A stretch of DNA of 64,000 bases from a virus (taxonomy: Duplodnaviria > Caudoviricetes): positions 1 through 64,000 of IMG/VR virus record IMGVR_UViG_3300048893_000042. One strand, 5' to 3'. Each line of letters begins with the position of its first letter. Position 1 is the stretch's first letter. Positions 46,723 through 54,895 of this stretch are shown here, one piece after another. A program made the position numbers and the translations under genes. Below the pieces are notes generated by a model. The model was not told the DNA's origin, made no database searches, and saw nothing but the letters and a program-made list of their open reading frames with translations.

Positions 46723-47137
46723 TGACCTGAGGGCCATCTTCCACGAGCACCTGCACCAGGTCCACTGGCAGGCCATCGAGAGTGGCCTGACCGGCCTCGG
46801 AATCCCCGACAGCAACGGGTGCCTCCACCGTGAGTTCTGGGTGGAGCACAAGTGGACCCCCGAGTGGTGGGTGTCCCTGACCCCTGAGCAGGTGGGCTGG
46901 CACCTTCGCCGCTACCGGGCAGGTGGCCACACGTTCATCGCGGTGCGGCGCCACTGTGATGCGGGTCCACGCCGGCCCGCTGCCGATGACCTGTACCTCT
47001 TCCCCGGGCGGCTCGCCCGCGAGCTGAAGGACGTGGGCCTGCGGTTGGACGCACCTCCCCTGGTGATGTCCACCGGTGGGCCTGCGGCCTGGGACTGGTC
47101 TGCGGTGCTCGGTGTGCTGACCGGCAGGCCGGCATGA
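46706..47137 (+). CDS. PD-(D/E)XK nuclease, Holliday-junction resolvase/VRR-NUC-like
   Basis: GIPD...C...FWVEHK...LTPEQVGW..R..AGG..FIAV. Confidence 0.75.
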   Translation: MKKADDDLRAIFHEHLHQVHWQAIESGLTGLGIPDSNGCLHREFWVEHKWTPEWWVSLTPEQVGWHLRRYRAGGHTFIAVRRHCDAGPRRPAADDLYLFPGRLARELKDVGLRLDAPPLVMSTGGPAAWDWSAVLGVLTGRPA

Positions 47138-47358
47138 TTGACCTGCGGTCATCCCAGGTCGTGGTCCGCAGCCGCCAGACCATGGAGCCGGCCTTCGTGC
47201 TGCAGTTCTATGGCGTGCCATCGCTGGCCTTCATCGAGGTGCCGGACCGACGCGGCCATCGTCCGCCACAGACCGGCGGCAGGCTCATCCAGCAGGCCCT
47301 CCGTGAGCACGGCCTGCACCCGGATGACTGGATCGCCAGCATCTTTGAGTGCTATTGA
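47134..47358 (+). CDS. hypothetical protein
   Basis: ATGA overlap with the nuclease. Confidence 0.5.
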   Translation: MIDLRSSQVVVRSRQTMEPAFVLQFYGVPSLAFIEVPDRRGHRPPQTGGRLIQQALREHGLHPDDWIASIFECY

Positions 47359-47412
47359 CTTTGCCTCTGGCCGGGCACATGCTCGCCAGCACAGGAGCAG
47401 GGAGTGCATGTC

Positions 47413-47787
47413 ATGATGTTGCGAGCTAGCTGGCGCCATGCGGCCCCCTGCCTCCTCCTGCTGACCGCGAGCTGCGGCCCAGCCGGCCCACTGATCATCG
47501 CCGGCATCTCAGCCGCCAAGTCTGGGTATGACCTCGCGAAGGAGGTCAGCCAGGTCGTGGACCCGGTGATCGAGAAGGCCTGTGCGGTGTATGAGTCACG
47601 CAAGGCCACGGCGCTCGCCCGCATCGCGCTCGGTGCGGCCAGACCGGCGGCAGGCCCCCGCGTCATGGCCATGGTCCGCATGGCAGACGCCGCATGCGTG
47701 GCACCACCCCAGGGTGGTAGCCCACTGGAGACAGCCATGTGGGTGGTCGGGGTCGCCGGCCAGGTGGAGGCGGAGGCGCGGCCATGA
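47413..47787 (+). CDS. putative lipoprotein
   Basis: LLLLTASC lipobox-like motif. Confidence 0.6.
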   Translation: MMLRASWRHAAPCLLLLTASCGPAGPLIIAGISAAKSGYDLAKEVSQVVDPVIEKACAVYESRKATALARIALGAARPAAGPRVMAMVRMADAACVAPPQGGSPLETAMWVVGVAGQVEAEARP

Positions 47788-47984
47788 GGGTGCCCCTGAT
47801 CTGCCTCGTCTGGACCCTCTGGCTCATCGTGTGCATCTGGGGGTTCGAGGACATCGTCAAAGGTGACCCGAGCTATGACACCGCTGTCAAGAACGTCAAG
47901 TTCTGGGGTGGCCTGCTCGTGTTCACCTGCCCGATCTACATGGCCTGGTTCCTCACTGCCGCCATACTGAGGTGGGTGCCATGA
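47784..47984 (+). CDS. small two-TM membrane protein
   Basis: Hydrophobic segments; ATGA overlaps. Confidence 0.6.
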   Translation: MRVPLICLVWTLWLIVCIWGFEDIVKGDPSYDTAVKNVKFWGGLLVFTCPIYMAWFLTAAILRWVP

Positions 47985-48388
47985 CCTGGCAGGACATCAC
48001 TCTGATGGTTCTGAACGGGGTGTTCTGCGTGTCGCTGATGCCGACCATCTGGGGTGGCAGCAAGCCTCCACTCAGCACCAGCCTCACCACAGGCCCAGCC
48101 CTCATCACAGTGGCCGCCGTCTACACTACCCTGGGCCTGTGGGGTGCGGCAGCGGTCCAGCTCGCGGTCGGTGTGCAGTGGCTCATCCTCGCGTGGCAGC
48201 GCCACCAGATGCAGGATGAGCTGCAGCGCGCCCAGGTCTTCCTCGACATGTTCCCATGCTACCACTCGGTCCGCCGGGCCTCGTGCTGGTACTTCCAGCG
48301 TGGCAGGTGCCGCTGCCAGGACATCGTGGAGCACAACGCGCGCCAGGCCATAGACCGGGCACTGGTGTGGGATGAGAGCGATGCCTGA
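47981..48388 (+). CDS. membrane protein (three TM segments plus Cys-containing tail)
   Basis: WQD....N.VF.VSL.PTI...KPPL.TS pattern. Confidence 0.6.
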   Translation: MTWQDITLMVLNGVFCVSLMPTIWGGSKPPLSTSLTTGPALITVAAVYTTLGLWGAAAVQLAVGVQWLILAWQRHQMQDELQRAQVFLDMFPCYHSVRRASCWYFQRGRCRCQDIVEHNARQAIDRALVWDESDA

Positions 48389-48593
48389 GCGCTGTGAAGG
48401 CTGCCCAGACCCCATCCTGCCAGGCCAGGCCCGCTACACCGGTGGTGAGGGTGCTGACCCACCGAAGTACTGGCACTGGGAGTGCCATGAGCGCTTCCTC
48501 GCCGACTGCCGCAAGGCACTGCACGACATCCCGGGCCTCGCGGAAAGGGCCCAGCAGATCATCAGGAGGCTGCAGCATGGCAAGCGTGACTGA
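48372..48593 (+). CDS. small zinc-binding-like protein
   Basis: CEGC...HWEC. Confidence 0.55.
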   Translation: MRAMPERCEGCPDPILPGQARYTGGEGADPPKYWHWECHERFLADCRKALHDIPGLAERAQQIIRRLQHGKRD

Positions 48594-48837
48594 GGATGTG
48601 GCCAAGACCCGCTGGTGCCCATTCACCCGGGTCATCGCCGGCACACTGGATGGGAAGGGCGGCATGGACTGCAAGCCCCACCAGGCACCCTGGAACCGCA
48701 TCCAGACCGGTGGGGAGAACTTCAACCTGCCGACCGGCACCCAGTGCGTCGGCAGCCTCTGCATGGCCTGGAAGTGGATCAGCGACGGCGCGGACCCCAG
48801 CACCAAGCATGGTGACTGCCGGCTGATGACCAGATGA
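48577..48837 (+). CDS. conserved Cys-containing phage protein
   Basis: TEDVAKTRWCPF...CVGSLCMAW.W...G.C. Confidence 0.7.
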   Translation: MASVTEDVAKTRWCPFTRVIAGTLDGKGGMDCKPHQAPWNRIQTGGENFNLPTGTQCVGSLCMAWKWISDGADPSTKHGDCRLMTR

Positions 48838-49091
48838 GCCGCCCGCAGATCACGAAGGCCATGCGGTCTGCCCTGCTGTGGCTGCGACGCCGCAACGGTG
48901 ACGGTGGGTTCGACACCAATGGGGTGCTCGTGGCCGCCGGTGAGAAGGCTCCAGTGATGCGGGCCACCTGGAACCACCTGGTGGGAGCCGGCCTGGTGCG
49001 TGAGTACCAGGGCAGGAAGCGCCTGGGCGTCACCGAGGCTGGGTCCAGGTTTGACCTCACAGGGGTCACTGAGTCAGGAGACGAGTGTTGA
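48834..49091 (+). CDS. hypothetical protein (possible winged helix)
   Basis: ATGA overlap; TW..LV.AGLV....RL.VTEAG. Confidence 0.55.
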   Translation: MSRPQITKAMRSALLWLRRRNGDGGFDTNGVLVAAGEKAPVMRATWNHLVGAGLVREYQGRKRLGVTEAGSRFDLTGVTESGDEC

Positions 49092-50152
49092 CCCAGTCCG
49101 TCGTCTTCGTCACCCCAGGCCTGATCGACATCCGGGCCTTCACCACCTTCGGGGTCAACGCCAAGCCGCTCACCTCCAGCCCCATTGGCTTCTTCGGCAC
49201 CGGCCTGAAGTACGCCATCGCGGTGTTGGTGCGGGCGGGTGCCTCCCCGGTGCTGTGGATCGGTCGCGACAGGTACGAGTTCTCACAGCATGCCACCCAG
49301 TTCCGTGACCGCGAGTTCTCCATGGTGAGGATGCGGCGCCAGAGGTGGAACCTGCTGCGGGCCTCGAACCATGACCTGCCCTTCACCACCGAGCTGGGGA
49401 AGAACTGGAAGATGTGGATGGCCTACCGCGAGCTGGAGGCCAACACCCGGGACGAGGGTGGCGAGACACACGTGGTGGAGGGCACCTGGATGGACGTGGA
49501 CGGGGGGCACACGGTCCTCCAGGTCGCGAACGATGAGTTCGTCCAGGCACACCTCGACAGGGACCAGACGTTCCTGCCCGGAGGCCTCACTCTCCGTGAG
49601 GAGGACGCGAGGCTCCAGGTTCTGGACCGTCCTGCCAAGCACCTGTACTACCGTGGCCTCCGCGTGGCGGACCTGGAGAAGCCCACGCTCCACAGCTACA
49701 ACTTCCTGGGCGCGCTGGAGCTGACCGAGGACCGCACCCTCAAGTACGAGTTCCTGGCGCGCTCGGAGGTGGCCCGGCACATCGCGACGTGCCATGATGA
49801 GGCCCTGATCGAGGAGGTGCTGACCGCGCCCGACAGCCGGTGGGAGCATGGCCTGGACTTTGACTTCCAGCACGAGGCCCCGAGTGACGAGTTCTCGGCA
49901 GTCATCGAGCGGCGCAGGGGCATGGTGTCGAGGTCCGCCCTGAGGTACTACAGCGGCTGGGCCATGTCCACGGGTCGCGCACCCCCGGCGGGCACGTTCA
50001 CCCTCCACCCCAGGCCCTGGCGTGCGTCCGGCTCCTATGCCTTTGACGCCTCTGACCAGATGGTGCTGTCGGCCAGCGGCACGGCACCCCGGCCTGACCA
50101 GCTGATGACAGACGTTGTTGACGCGGTGAATGGAGCGGGTGATGGATCGTGA
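49085..50152 (+). CDS. GHKL-type ATPase, apparently circularly permuted
   Basis: IGFFGTGLKYA at aa 34-44 precedes the N-box-like RELEANTRDE at aa 115-124. Confidence 0.65.
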   Translation: MLTQSVVFVTPGLIDIRAFTTFGVNAKPLTSSPIGFFGTGLKYAIAVLVRAGASPVLWIGRDRYEFSQHATQFRDREFSMVRMRRQRWNLLRASNHDLPFTTELGKNWKMWMAYRELEANTRDEGGETHVVEGTWMDVDGGHTVLQVANDEFVQAHLDRDQTFLPGGLTLREEDARLQVLDRPAKHLYYRGLRVADLEKPTLHSYNFLGALELTEDRTLKYEFLARSEVARHIATCHDEALIEEVLTAPDSRWEHGLDFDFQHEAPSDEFSAVIERRRGMVSRSALRYYSGWAMSTGRAPPAGTFTLHPRPWRASGSYAFDASDQMVLSASGTAPRPDQLMTDVVDAVNGAGDGS

Positions 50153-50504
50153 GATGACTGAGTTCCTGGACGGCGTGGTGGGTGTCGTGGAGGCCAACTC
50201 GTTCGAGCAGCACATGCTCTGGAGTGAGAACCGGCAGCGCACCCACCCACGGACGTGGGAGCAGCTGAACCCGGGCCTCCTGGAGACGGTTGGCGTGCTT
50301 GACGGCAGGCCCGTGTGCGTCAGCCTCCACAAGGTCAGGGTTGGCGGTCACCTGATCCTGTTCGTGGATGCCACCAGTCAGGTCGTGGACCACGAGATGA
50401 TCGCGAGGTGGATGGCGGACACCATGCCAAGGTCGGCACTTCGAGAAAATGGCATCGTCAACCGCACCGACGCTATGAACTTCCACAACGTCTTTCCTCG
50501 TTGA
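50130..50504 (+). CDS. hypothetical protein
   Basis: Tiled ORF; exact start uncertain. Confidence 0.6.
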   Translation: MERVMDREMTEFLDGVVGVVEANSFEQHMLWSENRQRTHPRTWEQLNPGLLETVGVLDGRPVCVSLHKVRVGGHLILFVDATSQVVDHEMIARWMADTMPRSALRENGIVNRTDAMNFHNVFPR

Positions 50505-50529
50505 CCTTCGTCACCAGGCAGGGTAGAAG
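50501..50529 (+). promoter_or_regulatory. putative sigma70 promoter TTGACC-17-TAGAAG
   Basis: Exact 17-nt spacing; upstream of GGAGGA and ATG 50556. Confidence 0.5.
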
Positions 50530-50555
50530 GTGGGTGTCACCAACTGGAGGACACC

Positions 50556-50801
50556 ATGAGGGCCACCATCACCAGCAAGAACGACGAACTCCACCCCGAC
50601 ACCGCCGAGCAGATCGAACCCGGCGAGGAGGTGCTGTACTACAAGGACTACAAGAAGTCAGGCGAGGATGACATACTGCTCACCCGCAAGGCGAACGGGG
50701 CCATCGAACTCTGGGTCAACGGGTGCGTCGTCTACAGCGAGGCGGGTGACGCAGAACTCACCGAGGCGGAGCGCCAGAGGAACGGCGCGGCCCACCACTA
50801 G
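50556..50801 (+). CDS. hypothetical protein
   Basis: RBS GGAGG; last plus-strand gene before the convergence point. Confidence 0.6.
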   Translation: MRATITSKNDELHPDTAEQIEPGEEVLYYKDYKKSGEDDILLTRKANGAIELWVNGCVVYSEAGDAELTEAERQRNGAAHH

Positions 50802-50916
50802 GTCGCCGCGCCAGCTGCCGCCTCAGGGCCTCTACCCTCGCCCGGTTGCGGTCCAGGATCGCCCGGGCCAGCGCCCTGACGGCAGCTCGCCGCTCGGCAC
50901 AGCCGGCACAGCTCAC
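50758..50916 (-). CDS. small hypothetical protein
   Basis: MSCAGCAERR...; GTGA overlap. Confidence 0.45.
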   Translation of the reverse strand: MSCAGCAERRAAVRALARAILDRNRARVEALRRQLARRPSGGPRRSSGAPPR

Positions 50917-51068
50917 CGGCTGCCCAGCAGCAGGAGGATGAGCAGGATCACAACCACCAGGCCCACCCCGCCGCCACCCCAGTGGCGGTAGGGCACCCCC
51001 GTGTAGTAGCCCCCACCGACCCCACCAAGCAGCACCACTATCAGAATCACAATCAGAACTGTCGTCAC
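50913..51068 (-). CDS. DUF3309-like small membrane protein
   Basis: VLIVILIVVLLGG....Y..W.GGGVGLVVVILLILLLLG. Confidence 0.6.
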   Translation of the reverse strand: MTTVLIVILIVVLLGGVGGGYYTGVPYRHWGGGGVGLVVVILLILLLLGSR

Positions 51069-51253
51069 CACGTCCTCCTCTGGTACTCGCGGTTGTCTCG
51101 CAGGGCAGCCTCGATCTGCTCCACCGTGCCGAGGCTCCATGGGCTGTCAGGATGGGGTGCGGCCTGGAGGCCCTGTCTGACATTCTCCAGTTCCTGAGCA
51201 GTCAGGTGGACCACAAACCCACACACGTTGTCACGATCTGGGTATATCTTCAA
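51065..51253 (-). CDS. hypothetical protein
   Basis: Tiled ORF. Confidence 0.5.
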   Translation of the reverse strand: MKIYPDRDNVCGFVVHLTAQELENVRQGLQAAPHPDSPWSLGTVEQIEAALRDNREYQRRTW

Positions 51254-51297
51254 AGGCCTGCTCCCGTGCCGCTCCGCATGGCGGTCCTCCGTCGTGC

Positions 51298-51344
51298 ACT
51301 ACCCTGCATCACACCCCTGAACTCGTGGCTCCTCCGTGGGGAGC
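51298..51344 (-). repeat. dispersed intergenic motif, copy 2
   Basis: Plus strand ACTACCCTGCA-TCACACC-CCTGAACTCG-TGGCTCC-TCCGTGG-GGAGC. Confidence 0.75.
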
Positions 51345-51355
51345 GCTGCACACTA

Positions 51356-51388
51356 CTCAGCCCCTCCCGCTGGGCGGAAGGGGCTGAG
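51356..51388 (-). terminator. 10-bp hairpin downstream of the 51409 stop
   Basis: CTCAGCCCCT-13-AGGGGCTGAG; no clear U-tract. Confidence 0.4.
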
Positions 51389-51408
51389 GGGTCGTGGCGC
51401 CGATCCTT

Positions 51409-51951
51409 TTACGCGGCGGGTTCGGGCTGTGCCGTGGTCTCCGGGTTCTGCAGGTCCAGGCCGATGGCGCGTGCCGTGTGGTCGGTGGAGATGTCCACCA
51501 GCCCGTCGAAGACCGTCAGCCCGGCGCTGTCCTTGACCTCGAACGCGAGGCCCGTGGCCTCGCGGACCAGGGGCTGCATCTCCACCGCCGGCGAACCATC
51601 GGCCATCGTGCTGACGGAGACGGTCCAGCTGGTGGTGTCGGGGCTGCTGACGGTGAACGTGTCGCCGGTCGGTGCCGACACGACGTTGCCGTCCGCGTCC
51701 TTTGCCAGGATGCGGTACTTGGTGACCTCGGTGTTTTTGAGTGCGATGTTGGTCAAGAGTGTTCCTCCTTCGGTGCAGCGCTCGGGCACCTCCAGCCAGA
51801 GGCTGGTGGGCTCCGAGCACCCGGGCTCAATGTTCGTGAGGTAATCCTCGATGCGCTGCAGCTCCACCAGTATGGACTGGAGCATGCGGCGGCGGACCCA
51901 GCGGCTCATCCGCTCCCAGCTGGGCCGAAGCGGGTGCGTCTCAGGCAGCAT
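51409..51951 (-). CDS. protein with C-terminal Ig-like beta domain; nested in-frame TTG start at 51756
   Basis: Two RBS-preceded starts (GGGAGG-ATG 51951; GGAGGA-TTG 51756); alternating hydrophobic beta pattern. Confidence 0.6.
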   Translation of the reverse strand: MLPETHPLRPSWERMSRWVRRRMLQSILVELQRIEDYLTNIEPGCSEPTSLWLEVPERCTEGGTLLTNIALKNTEVTKYRILAKDADGNVVSAPTGDTFTVSSPDTTSWTVSVSTMADGSPAVEMQPLVREATGLAFEVKDSAGLTVFDGLVDISTDHTARAIGLDLQNPETTAQPEPAA

Positions 51952-52198
51952 GGCTCGCCCTCCCAAACCCAATGACGTCATCCAGGGTCAGTTCGGGTCC
52001 CTGGTCCTCAGGCCGCACCTTCCAGCCCTCGACTACAATGACATCGGGTGCGAACGGGGTGACCCGGAAGAATGTGGCACCCAGGCGTTCCAGCTCGTGC
52101 GACATGTCGCGCACTGCTGCCGTGCAGCTCTGGGCGTCCACACCTAGGACGCGGTGGGACACCCAGTCAGCTGGCTGGGGCACCGGGCGGACGCCCAT
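51941..52198 (-). CDS. hypothetical protein
   Basis: Tiled ORF; EGWKVRP.DQG motif. Confidence 0.5.
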   Translation of the reverse strand: MGVRPVPQPADWVSHRVLGVDAQSCTAAVRDMSHELERLGATFFRVTPFAPDVIVVEGWKVRPEDQGPELTLDDVIGFGRASHAA

Positions 52199-52352
52199 TG
52201 GGGAAGCTCACCGGTGGCCCACCCTGCGGCTGCATTGGGGTGGTGGACTGGGAGGGCGTTCCCACGGCATAGGACCGTGGTGCCGGCTGCAGAGTGTCCG
52301 CACGCTTGGATGGCGCCGCTGGCTGGTGGGTGATCGTGCTCATGGAACTCAT
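52167..52352 (-). CDS. Pro-rich small hypothetical protein
   Basis: RBS GAGGAG before ATG 52352. Confidence 0.45.
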   Translation of the reverse strand: MSSMSTITHQPAAPSKRADTLQPAPRSYAVGTPSQSTTPMQPQGGPPVSFPNGRPPGAPAS

Positions 52353-52375
52353 GTTGATCTCCTCTGGTAAAAAGG

Positions 52376-52906
52376 TCAGGGCCAGTGGCGGGCCATCCAC
52401 TCGTCCACTGACCCCGGCGACAGGTCATACCACTGGAAGTTGCCACCGTACTGGTCGGTGCAGGCCAGCTCATAGACCCCGGCTGCGGCATTCCACCCGC
52501 CGGCCATGACCCACGTCCCGAAGCAGGCGAACACCGCCTCCGAGGTGGCATGTGACATGAGGTGGATGATACCGGTGTTGGGTGGTCCCTGCGAGGCAAC
52601 AGGCCAGGTGTAGATGTCGAAGGTGCCGTTGCCGTCGTCCGACGCAACCACCACGTTGCCATTCGAGTTGTCGAGCTGTGGCCGGTGGAGGCCATAGGTG
52701 GCCTGGACGTTGCACGGCGTGATGAAGCCGGTGTTGAAGTCATAAATCCAAAGCCAGATGCGGTTGGCATCGACCCAGATGAGCTTTGTGCCATCGGGTG
52801 ACAGTGACGGGTCATAGCCATCCATTGGGAAGCGGTGGTAGGGCTGCCAGTCCCCATCCGAGATGAAGATGCGACCGTGGCCGTCGCCTGCTGCCTTTCG
52901 GGTCAT
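52376..52906 (-). CDS. TolB/PD40-like beta-propeller fragment
   Basis: YDPSLSPDGTKLIW; SDDGNGTFDIY. Confidence 0.55.
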   Translation of the reverse strand: MTRKAAGDGHGRIFISDGDWQPYHRFPMDGYDPSLSPDGTKLIWVDANRIWLWIYDFNTGFITPCNVQATYGLHRPQLDNSNGNVVVASDDGNGTFDIYTWPVASQGPPNTGIIHLMSHATSEAVFACFGTWVMAGGWNAAAGVYELACTDQYGGNFQWYDLSPGSVDEWMARHWP

Positions 52907-53067
52907 TGAGCTGTCTCTCCTGTGATGGCGCGCAGCCTGTCGATCTCCTCCAGCAGCGCGTCGATGTGGGCCTCGGTCCACCCATCTCCATAGGTGGCCT
53001 CACCCCGCTGCTGGCGATCCTTCGCCTCCCTGCGCCTCTGGCGAACCTCTTCCACCATGTCGGTCAC
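52903..53067 (-). CDS. hypothetical protein
   Basis: IDALLEEIDRLR; GTGA overlap. Confidence 0.5.
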   Translation of the reverse strand: MTDMVEEVRQRRREAKDRQQRGEATYGDGWTEAHIDALLEEIDRLRAITGETAQ

Positions 53068-53708
53068 TGCTTGACCTCCATCGGTTTGAACATCGTGGGC
53101 ACCACCGCCTCGCGGAACCGCGACACGTCGTTGCTGCACTCGTTGGTGTTGCCTGGGAAGGCGCGGCTGACCACCTGCTCCTCGTGCCCGCCACTCAGCA
53201 CAGCCGTGCCCTTGGCATGGTGGAGCACGATGTCCTTCCCCGGTCCCGTGATGCGTGTCACCTGGCAGAGCTGTCGTGCGTGGGGCTTGTCGTGCTCCCA
53301 GGCGAAGATCATGCCCGGCTCGATGGGCCCAGTGTAGGGTCGCGGCACGTCCAGGCACAGCACAGCCGGGGGGATCGGCGGCAGCTCAGGCAGGCCACTG
53401 CGCGCCGGCTCCAGGCGCTCGCCCGCGATCCAGGCCGTGTCCACCACGTCCCCGTCGCTTAGTGAGTCCCAGAGCTGAGTGATGTACTGGTGGGCCAGGC
53501 AGAGGGTCTGGTTGCCCCAGGCCCGGGGGTCGAACTCAGCCACGTCACCACCCACCAGCGGAGTCATGAGCACCCGGGTCCTGCGGCCCTGGTGACCGGC
53601 ACAGCACAGCAGGTGCTCCTGCGCCGGGTCGCTGGGCGACAGACGCACGGCCAGCACCGGGATGAACGCACCCGCGTCCCTGACCTCAAGCAGCTTGCAC
53701 TGTGTCAC
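53064..53708 (-). CDS. two-domain conserved phage hypothetical protein
   Basis: EVRDAGAFIPVLAV...DP..WG..T...AH.YI...WD.L.DGDVVD. Confidence 0.65.
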   Translation of the reverse strand: MTQCKLLEVRDAGAFIPVLAVRLSPSDPAQEHLLCCAGHQGRRTRVLMTPLVGGDVAEFDPRAWGNQTLCLAHQYITQLWDSLSDGDVVDTAWIAGERLEPARSGLPELPPIPPAVLCLDVPRPYTGPIEPGMIFAWEHDKPHARQLCQVTRITGPGKDIVLHHAKGTAVLSGGHEEQVVSRAFPGNTNECSNDVSRFREAVVPTMFKPMEVKQ

Positions 53709-53732
53709 TGATCACCTCGGATGACAGTATAA

Positions 53733-54029
53733 TCACGGCACCCCACTGAGGGCCATGGACCCCGGCACCTGGGCCAGGAAGCGCTCGCGCTGTAGGTGTG
53801 TCTGGAAGCACCACACGCGGGTGCCGGTCTGGATGACAGCTGAGCAGTGCCCCAGGCCTCCTTCCCACTGGTGGGGCTGGAGGCCCTTTGGTCCAGGAGA
53901 GGGTGCCTGGGCGAGGTATGGGTGGGTCGGCAGCCAGGCCCTCAGGAGGGCACGGCTGACCTCAGGGTGTGTGCGCAGGCCCTGGACGAAGTCCGGGTGG
54001 GCCTGCCGCAGGGCTGACTGGAGGCTCAC
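53733..54029 (-). CDS. hypothetical protein
   Basis: Tiled minus-strand ORF. Confidence 0.45.
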   Translation of the reverse strand: MSLQSALRQAHPDFVQGLRTHPEVSRALLRAWLPTHPYLAQAPSPGPKGLQPHQWEGGLGHCSAVIQTGTRVWCFQTHLQRERFLAQVPGSMALSGVP

Positions 54030-54302
54030 CGCCGGCTCCTACAGCTTCGGCTGGGATGACGCCTGCGGCTGTGCTTGAGCAGCCGTCGCCACAGCTCACA
54101 GGCACCCATCGAGGGTGCTGCTGCGGTGGTCTTCCTCTTGAACAACTGGCACATGTGACTCACCACCTTGGTGGGGACTCAGCTGGGTCAGTCTGGACAA
54201 CCCCCACCCCTGCGTCTTAGGGTGGGGGTGCCGTCCCATCTGTCTCTCATCTCGCGTAGCTGGCATGGGCCGGACCCATGGGCCAGGGTCGATGATGGCG
54301 CA

Positions 54303-54812
54303 TCAGTCGGCTGCGGCCTTCTTGGCGTCCGCCGCCGGCTTGGGCTTCTTGGCCTCGGCGATGGCCTCCTTGAGCTTGTCGGTCATCTTCAGCGCGCCGT
54401 CGCGGCTGGCGAAGTCCGAGGTGTGGTGCTTGACCCAGGCACCGGTCACGCCGGCCTTGATCGCTTCGGGCACCAGCTCATTGAACGCCTCGGTCAGGGC
54501 ATGGATCGTCGGCGGCTTGTTCGGGTCCGCCGCTTTCGGTGCTGCCGCCGTCTTGTCCTTCGGCGCTGCCGCCGCCTTCTTGTCGTCCGCCGGCTTCGCA
54601 CCCGCCGGGTGGGTCGCAGGCTCGGTGTTCGGTTCCACTTGTTCCTCCAGCTTGTTTGCGAGGTTCCGGCAGCGGCGCAGAGCCGTCTCCCGGTCCTTGA
54701 AGCGCTTGACGGGGGTGAACCCCTCCAGACCCATCTGGCCTGCCAGGCCAACCATGCGGTTGTACTCGCTCACCAACTGGGGTGCCCCAAGGGTCGTCAG
54801 GTCGGTCGTCAT
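54303..54812 (-). CDS. Ala/Lys-rich protein with two copies of a ~50-aa helical domain
   Basis: RBS AAGGAGG and its own promoter; LVSEYNRM...KRFKDRETAL and LTEAFNEL...HHTSDFASRDGAL units. Confidence 0.7.
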   Translation of the reverse strand: MTTDLTTLGAPQLVSEYNRMVGLAGQMGLEGFTPVKRFKDRETALRRCRNLANKLEEQVEPNTEPATHPAGAKPADDKKAAAAPKDKTAAAPKAADPNKPPTIHALTEAFNELVPEAIKAGVTGAWVKHHTSDFASRDGALKMTDKLKEAIAEAKKPKPAADAKKAAAD

Positions 54813-54831
54813 GTAGTCATCCTCCTTGCTG

Positions 54832-54860
54832 ATAATAGGGTCGGCCAGAAGCATAGTAAA
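54832..54860 (-). promoter_or_regulatory. sigma70 promoter TTTACT-17-TATTAT
   Basis: AGTAAA 54855-54860 and ATAATA 54832-54837 on plus; RBS and ATG 54812 follow. Confidence 0.65.
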
Positions 54861-54895
54861 GCCCCTGGTCCATGGGAAGTTAGGCATGCGTCGTC

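Noticed and set aside
53728-53733. Perfect TATAAT on the plus strand
   Set aside because: No -35 element at 16-18 nt and it points antisense to the operon
54201-54230. CCCCCACCC/GGGTGGGGG hairpin as a novel element
   Set aside because: Most simply an ordinary terminator-like stem after the 54303 gene; no second copy seen
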